From an uncultured cyanobacterium (lineage in GTDB: Bacteria > Cyanobacteriota > Cyanobacteriia > Cyanobacteriales > CAWUOF01), in NCBI GenBank assembly GCA_963744145.1, contig CAVUSO010000001.1, positions 7,232,001 to 7,296,000 of the forward strand: a stretch of 64,000 nt of DNA. The letters run 5' to 3'. Every line of letters begins with the position of its first letter. Positions within the stretch are counted from its first letter, which is position 1. The notes under the pieces are model-generated. The model had not been told where the DNA came from, ran no database searches, and saw only the letters and a list, made by a program, of their open reading frames with translations. Shown piece by piece: positions 21,788 to 30,773 of this stretch. The position numbers and the translations under genes are program-made.

Positions 21788-22509
21788 TCACTCCCTACAA
21801 ATTCAAATGCTGCAAGTAAAGGCTGAAAAATTTCACAAATATCAGCCTCGTCAGCATTCGCCATTATTTTTTCGGCAAATACTGGAGGAGAAGTGTGTAA
21901 TTTCGTGATTGCCGCATAGATCCGCACATAATCTTTTGCTTCGACTAAAGTAATACCATTTCTAGCCAGCAAATCCGGCATTTCATCAGTAATCTTGGCA
22001 GCCAAATTGTTAGGTGTAATCCGAATTTGTTCCGCCAATCTATTAACAGTATTCTCTCTTAACGCAAGCTCCAAAACATAATCATCAATGGTGGACTTAA
22101 TAAAGCTGTTATTCCATCGCCTAATTGCAATATGTAAAGCTAAACGAAAATTCAGGTCTGGGAGCGACAATGTATAAACATTAGATTGAGTTGAATGTGT
22201 GGTTAACTGTGGCATAGTAATTTGAATATCAATTCTATTTAACTCTCTTTGCAAAGCACCAGAAATACTTTGGCAAATCCTTGCTTCAGTCTCATCTGTA
22301 TGACTATCCAAATCACGTAAAATTACACAGTCAACTGGCTCTTTTTCTTCGAGTAGGGGTCTGATGCGATTCATCACTGTATTGTTCAATTTATCTTTGC
22401 CTTCAGCAGGTATATAAGTTGCGTAGTCCTTGTGATAACCAAGAAGCGTAAACATTTTCTTACATACCTTCTCTTCTGTAGAGCCTTCACCAAAGACCAA
22501 AATAGTCAT
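21784..22509 (-). CDS. TOPRIM-like putative nuclease embedded in the cmr operon
   Basis: ATG at 22509, 2 nt after the ATPase stop; LVFGEGSTE, ILRDLDS (DxD) and STIDDYVL match the TOPRIM acidic pattern; ATGA overlap with cmr6. Confidence 0.7.
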   Translation of the reverse strand: MTILVFGEGSTEEKVCKKMFTLLGYHKDYATYIPAEGKDKLNNTVMNRIRPLLEEKEPVDCVILRDLDSHTDETEARICQSISGALQRELNRIDIQITMPQLTTHSTQSNVYTLSLPDLNFRLALHIAIRRWNNSFIKSTIDDYVLELALRENTVNRLAEQIRITPNNLAAKITDEMPDLLARNGITLVEAKDYVRIYAAITKLHTSPPVFAEKIMANADEADICEIFQPLLAAFEFVGSE

Positions 22510-22511
22510 AG

Positions 22512-23798
22512 TTACTCTTCCTTTAGATGAAACTGCAATGGCGGCACAAAATCCTTCCAAGCCCGTGGGTCAAGACCAGAATCTAACCAGGTTACTAATG
22601 TGTCTTGATCAAACCAGGATGACTTTAATTGTCCATTGGATAAACTCAAGTGAAAGATTAGGGTGTCTTCTGAATGAAGATTTTTGTTTCGCAACATCTG
22701 GGTTATGTAGGCGACAAACTCAAGGTTATGGGTGGAAATAAAAACTTGGATCGGTTTGTCGCGAATAATTTTGACCACTTCCTCAATAAGTCTCCCTAGT
22801 GTTCTTGGATTTTGGAATGATTCTGGCTCTTCCCAGATCAACAAACCGGGTGCATCGGAAGTAACTCTTTCTGCCATCACTACTAACGGAGTTAATAATT
22901 TAAAAGCAGCCCTTGCACCATCACCAAAAGCATCAATAGACAAAGCAGGTCGATCTTTTGGAGCAATCCATCCTTGTAATTTTTGCTCATCTCCTCGCAG
23001 AGGTACAAACTGGACTATACAATCAGAACCGATTTCGTAAATCGCATCAAAATGCTGGGCAATACGCTGTGTCCACCCGGACACAGTGCTAATAGTGCGA
23101 CGATAAAACTCGCTCGGTACATAATCTTTCACCATTGATGTGTCGCAAAATAGAGTGTGTTGAGCTACAGGGGGTTTCCCCTCAATCATCCAGCTTGCAC
23201 TTCCCTTCGTGTAATAGGTTAAACCTGGATGCCAGCAAAACACTGTTCGATTTGGGTAAGCTAGATCAACAGATGCACTCATCAACTCCTTAACTAAATC
23301 AGCTCTTTTGATAAATTCATCCTTCTCCCTTTCGTCTAGTGCTTCTGGTATGAGAAGAGAATCTAAGGCAAATAGAGCAATACTGTCTGGTTCTGCGATC
23401 GAAAATCTGAGGTTATTCACATCATCTTGTAGTTCAAATTCTTGCAGAAGCTTAGGAGCAGATCGATCAGCTACTGAAACATTGAAACTACGACCGTCTA
23501 CTCTTCCTAAAGTAAATGATTCAACAGTGTCGCTATGTTTATTAGCAACTAGATTGAGCGGATTATAACCTAATATATCTGGCTCTGAAAGCAGTACATC
23601 ATAGGTTATGCTTTCTTTGTCTTTCTGGGAAATCAAACCTACTGCTGTCTGATTAATCGTACCTGCCAGATATAAAGCTTCCATTACCGCCGATTTTCCC
23701 GCATTGTTAGGACCAACAAACACATTGAATTTAGTCAAATTACGAATTTGACCGGACTCAATACCGCGAAATCCTTTAATAGTAATGCTGCTAATCAT
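22512..23798 (-). CDS. ABC-superfamily ATPase (AAA_15/AAA_21-like) embedded in the cmr operon
   Basis: IKGFRGI, Walker A GPNNAGKS, signature FGDG, Walker B LLIWEEPE, H-switch ISTHN; ATGA overlap with the cmr1 stop. Confidence 0.88.
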   Translation of the reverse strand: MISSITIKGFRGIESGQIRNLTKFNVFVGPNNAGKSAVMEALYLAGTINQTAVGLISQKDKESITYDVLLSEPDILGYNPLNLVANKHSDTVESFTLGRVDGRSFNVSVADRSAPKLLQEFELQDDVNNLRFSIAEPDSIALFALDSLLIPEALDEREKDEFIKRADLVKELMSASVDLAYPNRTVFCWHPGLTYYTKGSASWMIEGKPPVAQHTLFCDTSMVKDYVPSEFYRRTISTVSGWTQRIAQHFDAIYEIGSDCIVQFVPLRGDEQKLQGWIAPKDRPALSIDAFGDGARAAFKLLTPLVVMAERVTSDAPGLLIWEEPESFQNPRTLGRLIEEVVKIIRDKPIQVFISTHNLEFVAYITQMLRNKNLHSEDTLIFHLSLSNGQLKSSWFDQDTLVTWLDSGLDPRAWKDFVPPLQFHLKEE

Positions 23799-25006
23799 AC
23801 TTGCTCTCTTGCCAAGGTAGTTTGTAAAAAAGTCTGAATCTCTGGAATTTTATGAATTGGCCAGGGTGTTTCAGTTGGTAAGAAAATGAGTTTGGCAGTA
23901 CGATAGTCAGTTGCTCTCAATCCAAGAGCTGTCAGCCAATGCTGCGGTTGAGCCAACTGATCTTTAAATACACTAAAAACTTCATCCTTAAACCTTCGCC
24001 CATCATGATCTTGAGGTAAATACATCCAACCCCGAAATTCCCATTGATTAGAATTATCCAGACAATATGCCCAACTAAAGGCAACTTTGCTCCGCACACG
24101 CTCATCCCCGCGTCCAATTGTACCAAATAACCAGTGAGGTAATGCTGGTGATGACCATTGGTGATGAAAGCGAAGGTGATTTTTAAGTGCAGGTGTAATG
24201 GGAACCATACCTTGCTTGGCTAACTGGTCAAGTTCTGTCCAACTATCTCGTCTTGTGCGTAGTTCTTTGATGCCAGGAATATTGTGCCACCAGTTTGAAG
24301 TTGTCGGTGTGAAGCGTAGCTTAAAGAAGGTAAAAGTCCGTAAATCTGGCTGCTCGCTCACGGATTGCTCCCCATATTTTTGCCAAGAGAACGATGATAA
24401 AGCATTTTTAACATGATCATTTTCAAGATCCACATTGATGATCCGAAAAATTCCGTAACCAAGCTGAGGACGCGCCCCCAAACTACCCCATGTTTCTATA
24501 AACCGCAGCAAAGCATGAACTATTGCTAAGATTTTCGGATCTCCTTGAATTGTAATTTTAAGTGTACCTAGCCAGCCCGGATTGATATACCATCCGCGGG
24601 TGCGATCTGGGGGAGTGACTTTTAATGGAACACTGGGTTGCCATACAGGTTGATTTTGCGGCTCATCTACACATACACTTAACCGAAACTGCCGTTTCCA
24701 GCCCGTGGCACCAAAAATCTGGGAAACATCACATAATCCAGACTCACTTAAATACTGACGACGTTCAACTTCATTTTTTTGGCGATATTTCTCAGCACTA
24801 AAAGTCGGCTTTAATCCACTGCGATCGCTAGATGTTGGATCTTTTACCTGTCCTCCTAATCCCCGCACTAACACTTCCATCCACCAACGTAAGCTACCCA
24901 GGATACCAGTTTCATGGATGCGATCTACCTTACCAGTCTCAACACCGCCAGTCCATAAGGGAGTCAATGTGTTGATTTTTACTTCCATTTTTCCCAAGTA
25001 ATACAT
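23795..25006 (-). CDS. cmr1: Type III RAMP Cmr1
   Basis: TLTPLWTGG, GILGSLRWW, IFGATG, GSLGARPQLGYG. Confidence 0.9.
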   Translation of the reverse strand: MYYLGKMEVKINTLTPLWTGGVETGKVDRIHETGILGSLRWWMEVLVRGLGGQVKDPTSSDRSGLKPTFSAEKYRQKNEVERRQYLSESGLCDVSQIFGATGWKRQFRLSVCVDEPQNQPVWQPSVPLKVTPPDRTRGWYINPGWLGTLKITIQGDPKILAIVHALLRFIETWGSLGARPQLGYGIFRIINVDLENDHVKNALSSFSWQKYGEQSVSEQPDLRTFTFFKLRFTPTTSNWWHNIPGIKELRTRRDSWTELDQLAKQGMVPITPALKNHLRFHHQWSSPALPHWLFGTIGRGDERVRSKVAFSWAYCLDNSNQWEFRGWMYLPQDHDGRRFKDEVFSVFKDQLAQPQHWLTALGLRATDYRTAKLIFLPTETPWPIHKIPEIQTFLQTTLAREQV

Positions 25007-25167
25007 TTACCCAAATATACCCTTTCGTTCTTTGACAATGCAATCCGCATTCAAACCGACAATACCTGCTTTACAGTCGGCGCTAACTTTGGGAAGATAT
25101 GCAGTCAGTCTTTTCGTTTAAGTTGCGGCGTGCTGATCATAAAATGGTACAACTGCCACCCGATTTA

Positions 25168-25217
25168 TACCAATTTTTGATGAGGGTGCATAGAATTAAT
25201 CCCCCCAACCCCCTTAA
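25168..25217. mobile_element. Truncated copy of the 10.9-kb MITE (one end only)
   Basis: TTA|TACCAATTTTTGATGAGGGTGCATAGAATTAATCCCCCCAACCCCCTTAA matches 10899-10955. Confidence 0.75.
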
Positions 25218-25419
25218 CATTACTAGCAGCAGTTCCATCTTTAGTCGGCTCTACTGCGATCGCGACCTGATGCAGCAGCAATTTTAGCCTTATACTAGAT
25301 GGTGAGGACTTGCTGAATTGAGCTAGTGAGAGATTCTTAGACCATTTGATCACTCGTTAGAACAGCATATTTAGATGATCTGTCAAATTTTGTCAGTCAA
25401 ACTTGGGGTAAGCAAAAAT

Positions 25420-26826
25420 ATGCCTCGTTATATTAAATATCTTGAAGCTGAAGGAGTTCTTGGGCGCTTTGATATTTATCAAGAGTTTCAAGAAGGTGTA
25501 AACGTACTTTTTGGGAAAAATGGGACAGGAAAAACGACCCTACTTCATATATTAGCTAATTTACTTAATGGTGATTACAAGCGATTTGCTTTTCTTGAGT
25601 TTAGCAAAATAAAAGTTCAACTTGATGATGAAACAAATATTGTTATTTCCAAGAATACAAAGGAAAAAGATATTTACATTAATGTCACTAGCGATGGTGA
25701 TTATCTTACAGAAAATCTTTCGACTAAAGAGATTTTAGAGCAGGAGCCATCAAGAGAAGAAATATTTTCTTCTTCTGCTAAAATAAGCTCTTTTTGGCAG
25801 CAAATTTTCAGCCGAAAAAGAAATGAAGAAGACATAACCCCTATTCTACCAGTAGCTTACTTTCCTGCTTTTAGAACAATGATCGAGGCGTGGGCATCAT
25901 CAGTACAATATACAGAAAATCCTGAAGATACACAGGTTTTAAGTACAAATTTTGCACGTAAATTGTTTGGTTATTTTGTGCCGAATCTTAATTATCCTTC
26001 TCTGATTGAAATAGAACACAAATTAACTATAGAGATTAAAGAAGCGTTATTTAAAATAGCAGTTGCTGACCGAGAAAATTTTAGCAATTTAGTTCCAAGC
26101 ATCTTTCAAGTTTTGTCTAAAAATTTTCATTCATTAGAAAATACTGTTTCATTAGAAGAAGAATATGAAGAATATGAGAATATGCTTGAGGAAATAAACT
26201 CCTTAGTTAGAAAACTTGAAGACTATCCTCTCAAAGAAACTCCTACAATTACGCAAATTCGTACTTCTGTTGCAGATTTTCAAGTCGATGATCAATATAA
26301 AAGAATTGCCCATAAGGTACTGAAAATCTACCGGGAAGCTCTTGAAAAAGTGATTACAGTTCAAGAAGATTCTTTCAGAGGAATTGAGAAATATCTAAAT
26401 TCTGTAAACTCCTTTTTAGAAGGGAAAAAGATTGAGAGTTTGCCAGAAAATACATTAGAACGTAAATTACCAGTAGGAATAAAATTTGACGAAGGAACTC
26501 CAAAAACGATTTCTGGGATTAGTCATGCTTTATCTTCTGGGGAACGCGAAATTGTCACTTTGATTTATGCGGCAACTTATATGAGTAAACAGCAGATAGT
26601 TCTAATCGATGAACCAGAGATTTCTCTCCATGTGGTTTGGCAAAGACATCTGCTCCAAAAGATGTCAGAACAGCTTGGAGATAGACAAATTATAGTTTGC
26701 ACTCACTCTCCTGTAATTGGAGCGGATTATGAAGAGAGAGTAATTATTTTTGAGCCAAAGATTACCTGCTCATCTAAAACTACGATAGAGCATCAGTTGG
26801 TTGATGAAGATAATGAGGTATTCTAA
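25420..26826 (+). CDS. ariA: ABC ATPase, PARIS AriA-like (alternative start 25375)
   Basis: GKNGTGKT, LSSGE, LIDEPEISLH, CTHS; TAATG overlap with a DUF4435-like gene. Confidence 0.75.
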   Translation: MPRYIKYLEAEGVLGRFDIYQEFQEGVNVLFGKNGTGKTTLLHILANLLNGDYKRFAFLEFSKIKVQLDDETNIVISKNTKEKDIYINVTSDGDYLTENLSTKEILEQEPSREEIFSSSAKISSFWQQIFSRKRNEEDITPILPVAYFPAFRTMIEAWASSVQYTENPEDTQVLSTNFARKLFGYFVPNLNYPSLIEIEHKLTIEIKEALFKIAVADRENFSNLVPSIFQVLSKNFHSLENTVSLEEEYEEYENMLEEINSLVRKLEDYPLKETPTITQIRTSVADFQVDDQYKRIAHKVLKIYREALEKVITVQEDSFRGIEKYLNSVNSFLEGKKIESLPENTLERKLPVGIKFDEGTPKTISGISHALSSGEREIVTLIYAATYMSKQQIVLIDEPEISLHVVWQRHLLQKMSEQLGDRQIIVCTHSPVIGADYEERVIIFEPKITCSSKTTIEHQLVDEDNEVF

Positions 26827-27372
26827 TGGCTTACGATCCAGCATCTTACCGTCTATATTTAATGAATAGTATTAATAGCGGCAAAAATAAGCATATTCTT
26901 GTTGAAGGTAAAGATGATAAATATTTAATTGAAAAATTATGTCAGGATTTTTTACTTAAAACTAATCAACATACCACTAATAAAATCCTTGTAGATTCTG
27001 CTGAAAATCTTATTAAGGGAGATGAATCAATTCCATTTACCAACAATAGAGATAAAGTTGAATTTATAGCTAAGAGTGTTAATGGGAAACAATATGCTGA
27101 TGGTTTTATCGGTTTTGTTGATCGGGAGTTACATAAATTTGAATGGGACTATGATTGTATTTCAGAGCAGCAATTCTCATTTTGAAAAAAATCAGAGAAA
27201 ATTCTCTTATTTAAATAGAGAACTTGTGTCGAAGCATGATTTTTTGACAGATAATTATCATCCGACGCTGAAGATAGACAAGTTTTCAGAAATTTGTCCA
27301 TGAAAAATCGATTTCAACTGATACATCCAGATGAAATTCTCACCCATTTTTTAGGTTTTTTTTGATAAAAAA

Positions 27373-27400
27373 GTACGGGCGTATTGCAATACGCCCCTAC
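27373..27400 (-). repeat. 28-bp GTAG-type REP-like palindrome, copy 1
   Basis: Reverse complement is GTAGGGGCGTATTGCAATACGCCCGTAC. Confidence 0.8.
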
Positions 27401-27428
27401 CCTTCCTCTTTCAATATATTGATATTTT

Positions 27429-28780
27429 TCAACTAGAATTTAGTTTTTTTAATGGGACATTCTCGGTGAGAATAAATGAGAATAAATCTGACCAATTTTT
27501 GAACCATAAATATTTTAATAAGGTCCGAATATCCTTAAAGAAAGTAGTAGGGGCGTATGGCAATACGCCCGTACTAATAGGTCACGAACTTTTTGATAGA
27601 TGTAATTAACTAAATCCAAAACAGTATGAAATAAAAAAGCTAGTAAATTCAAAGACAATAATAACTCGCACAAATGATTTTCACCATGACCAAAGTTATG
27701 CTCTAAATTATAACCGTGATTTTTAAGAACGTTATTACTTTCATTCTCAACTTTCCATCTGCTGCGCCCAGCTTTGACAATTTCTTCAATATTATTTTCA
27801 GTGATTTTATGATTAGTGATCCAATTATTTTGGTAGATAATTTTCTGTGTTTCCTCATTAATAACAGTCACTTCGTACCAATTAACTTCGAGACTTGATT
27901 CTTCATCTTTTAAGGGAACTCTATTAGCATAGCGATAACGATACAGGAGATTTTTTCGCCCATCCCATTGGGGCTTTTTAATGGTAGTAACTTCTCCACT
28001 TTTTTCTAAAAACTCTAGCCATTCATATAAAGTTTTATGCGAAGTTTCTCGACCAACAAAAATAAAATTATATCCTTGTTTTAGAGCTAATTCACAAATA
28101 GGTTGGTGGGCATATAAGTCATCCCCTAAAAGGGTTACAGGATAACCATATTTATTTTGATGATTCTTATTCAACCATCTTTTAACCGCCGCATTTTCAC
28201 AATCTTGTTTTTGATGACCATCCAGGTTTTTAATAAATTCTGGCGCTAAACTAATCACTTGGTTTTGATTAGGAGAAACTACAATAGGTGTAACACAGCT
28301 ATGAAAATAAGTGGTAGTTCCATTGCGATGATTACGACGGTTACAATGAGGACAATTTATTTTCTGTGATGAAAAATATTCGGTGCCATCTAAAGCCATT
28401 AAAATTTCTTCATCTAAGTAGAGAAACTTTTTCAAAACTCCGTTTTTATTTAACCATTCATAGACTTCTTGAAAAGCCATAAATATAGTAGCTGCTGGCA
28501 CCGGATCTAACAAATTTCTGATTTGATTATCACAGGGAATTTTCTTAATTGAAAATAAACTTTCTGCGTTATCTTTTCCTTTATTGCTTTTCATTAACCG
28601 CTGATGGTCTAAAAAAGATGCTGACTGAGTAAAAAAGATTGAAAATGCAGCCATCACTGCATCTTCTACCTGGTATTTCGTATTATTTCCAGGTTTCCTT
28701 TCATCAGGTAAGTCATGTAATTGTTGACGTAAAAATTCGATTAATTCAGGGATTTCTAGGGTCGCTGCTTTTTGAGCCAT
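27429..28780 (-). pseudogene. DDE transposase frameshifted near its C-terminus by a REP-like palindrome
   Basis: ALDGTEYFSS, KQDCE, LLGDDLY, RWKVENE, NLEHNFGHG; the probable native tail TFFKDIRTLLKYLWFKNWSDLFSF...NSS* lies in another frame (27429-27545). Confidence 0.82.
27547..27574 (+). repeat. 28-bp GTAG-type REP-like palindrome, copy 2
   Basis: GTAGGGGCGTATGGCAATACGCCCGTAC, one mismatch to copy 1, opposite orientation. Confidence 0.8.
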
Positions 28781-29806
28781 GTTTGAGTAATTTAACGTGC
28801 TGTCAGATTTTTAACTCACCGATTATACCTCATCTGATCACAATTATAAATTTTTATTTTCCTTGAATTCCCTATTCTAAAAACCGAACTATCAAACTGG
28901 ATTTCCCTCGTTCGTTGTCAGGCCATCCTCGATTCTATTGAGTATTTATACTTAGATATTGACCCAATTGTTTTTTAGCCATTGCCTCTGCCTGAAAAAC
29001 TGGTTATTTTGTACTATATTTTCAATTCCCAAATCGGGATTAATACTCTATTTTTTTTAAAATGAGAATTGCTGATTTCAGAGCTTCAGGATATACTTAA
29101 CTCTCATGATGTAATCCAGCGCCTTATTTTATCAAGAGGTCACTCTATAGAAAACTATATTTTTGATTTTGCTATATTTTGTGAAGTCTTAGAGTATCTT
29201 TCAACAACAGTATATACAAGTCAATCTATAGCTTTGTTTAAAAAAACTTTTGAATCCACCCTTCGCCTTGCTTGTGCAATTGGGTTAGCAGCAACAAAGG
29301 CAAAAGTTCTATCCAAAGTTAATTCAACCATCGACTATAAGCTCCTAGATATCATTTCCTCCACAGACGTAGGTTTTAAATTTGATGACTGGGTACAAAA
29401 ATTAGTTTCTAGGGGGATATCCAATGTTCAAGCACAAGACTTAAAATTGCATTACGTTATTTATAAAGAACAGGTTACTAAGGCTTCAATTTCTCTAATC
29501 AGATGGATATGTCATGGTCATATTGGTTATGACTTTTTGAAAGCTTTGTATGAGAGATGTATAATTGAACTATGTCCCAATACACAAGACAAAGCTAAAG
29601 AATTAAGCGGAATAACCTGGCTTAAAAAGGAACAACTGTTTTATTCCTTCATTAATTCTTGGGTCAAAAAGTCCTTGGAAGAGCAGTGCGACTATCCTAA
29701 AGCTATCTTTGAATTGTTAGGGATAATATGATAGATATTCATCTTTTCTTCTTGCCAATCCATTTGGTAATTTGTAAAGTCAAACTGACGTTAACTTGAA
29801 AAAATC

Positions 29807-30769
29807 GTGGAAATAACTGTGGACTTAACTATCTTTTTCCAGCAATTTCTCAATGGTTTATCCATTGGTAGTGTTTATGCAATTTTTGCTTTAGGATATA
29901 CGCTCATTTTCTCCATCTTGGGGATTATTAATTTTGCTCACGGGGCGATTTTTACGCTCGGTGCTTATTTTACTTATGCTTTCATGGGAGAGTCATTTGG
30001 TTTTAATGGATTATTAGCAAATGCTGCTTTACCAATTAAGCTTCCCTTTGGATTTGCTTTGATTTTGGGAAGTTTATTAGCTGGATTGGTAGGAGTTATG
30101 GTGGAACGGATTGCTTTTAAACCTCTGCGCGATCGCCAAGCTGATTCCTTATTGACGATTGTATCTAGTTTAGGTGTTGCCTTGATAATTGTCAATTTCA
30201 TCCAGTATTTTGTCGGTGCAGAAAATTATACCTTTCCCGCAAATACTTATGGGAATTTACCAACAGCGATTAATTTTGGCACTAGCGAAAACCCAATTCC
30301 CATTCGGACTGTGCAAATAGTAATCTTTATTGTATCAGTATTTATTTTAGGAATACTAACTTATTTGATCAATGGGACTAAATTTGGCAAAGCGATGAAA
30401 GCAGTAGCTGAAGATCCAATTACTGCTAGTTTATTAGGAATCAATCCGGATTTTTTTATTGTCATGACATTTTTTATTAGCAGTTTTGTCGCTGGGTTAG
30501 CAGGTACTTTAGTGAGTACCAGTGTGAGTATTTCCGGACCATATTTTGGGATTGCGTTTGGTTTGAAAGGTTTAGCTGTAATTGTTTTGGGAGGTTTGGG
30601 AAGTATCCCTGGTGCTGTCTTAGGTGGTTTGGTAATTGGGATTATTGAAGCATTTGTCCCTGGAGATTTGTCTGCTTATAAGGATGCAGTTGCTTTTGGG
30701 ATATTATTTTTTATGCTATTAGTTCGACCTCAAGGTTTGTTAGGTCGTCGATTGATCCAAAAAGTTTAA
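29807..30769 (+). CDS. Branched-chain amino acid ABC permease (LivH-like)
   Basis: NGLSIGSVYAIFALGYTLIF, INFAHG, VLGGLGSIPGA, LLVRPQGLLG. Confidence 0.93.
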   Translation: MEITVDLTIFFQQFLNGLSIGSVYAIFALGYTLIFSILGIINFAHGAIFTLGAYFTYAFMGESFGFNGLLANAALPIKLPFGFALILGSLLAGLVGVMVERIAFKPLRDRQADSLLTIVSSLGVALIIVNFIQYFVGAENYTFPANTYGNLPTAINFGTSENPIPIRTVQIVIFIVSVFILGILTYLINGTKFGKAMKAVAEDPITASLLGINPDFFIVMTFFISSFVAGLAGTLVSTSVSISGPYFGIAFGLKGLAVIVLGGLGSIPGAVLGGLVIGIIEAFVPGDLSAYKDAVAFGILFFMLLVRPQGLLGRRLIQKV

Positions 30770-30773
30770 GTAA

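Larger units (their letters stand above)
27168..29074 (-). mobile_element. 1907-bp insertion sequence (ISNCY-like)
   Basis: TIRs CAGCAATTCTCATTTT(G/A)AAAAAAAT; 9-bp TSD ATTTCAGAG at 27159-27167 and 29075-29083. Confidence 0.92.
26826..29731 (+). pseudogene. ariB: DUF4435-like TOPRIM protein (PARIS AriB-like) interrupted by an IS
   Basis: ILVEGKDD and GFVDRE in the 5' part, GHSIENYIF in the 3' part; removing the IS and one TSD restores a 329-aa frame (DYDCISE|LQDILNSH). Confidence 0.8.

Noticed and set aside
22510..22560. N-terminal extension of the TOPRIM-like ORF
   Set aside because: Overlaps the ATPase end; ATG at 22509 fits coupling and the domain start
27373..27574. A single composite element (REPIN/MITE) bounded by the two palindromes
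   Set aside because: The DNA between them encodes the probable native transposase C-terminus, so it is not inserted cargo
15578..29806. Island as a prophage or integrative element
   Set aside because: No integrase, phage genes, tRNA target or flanking direct repeats seen
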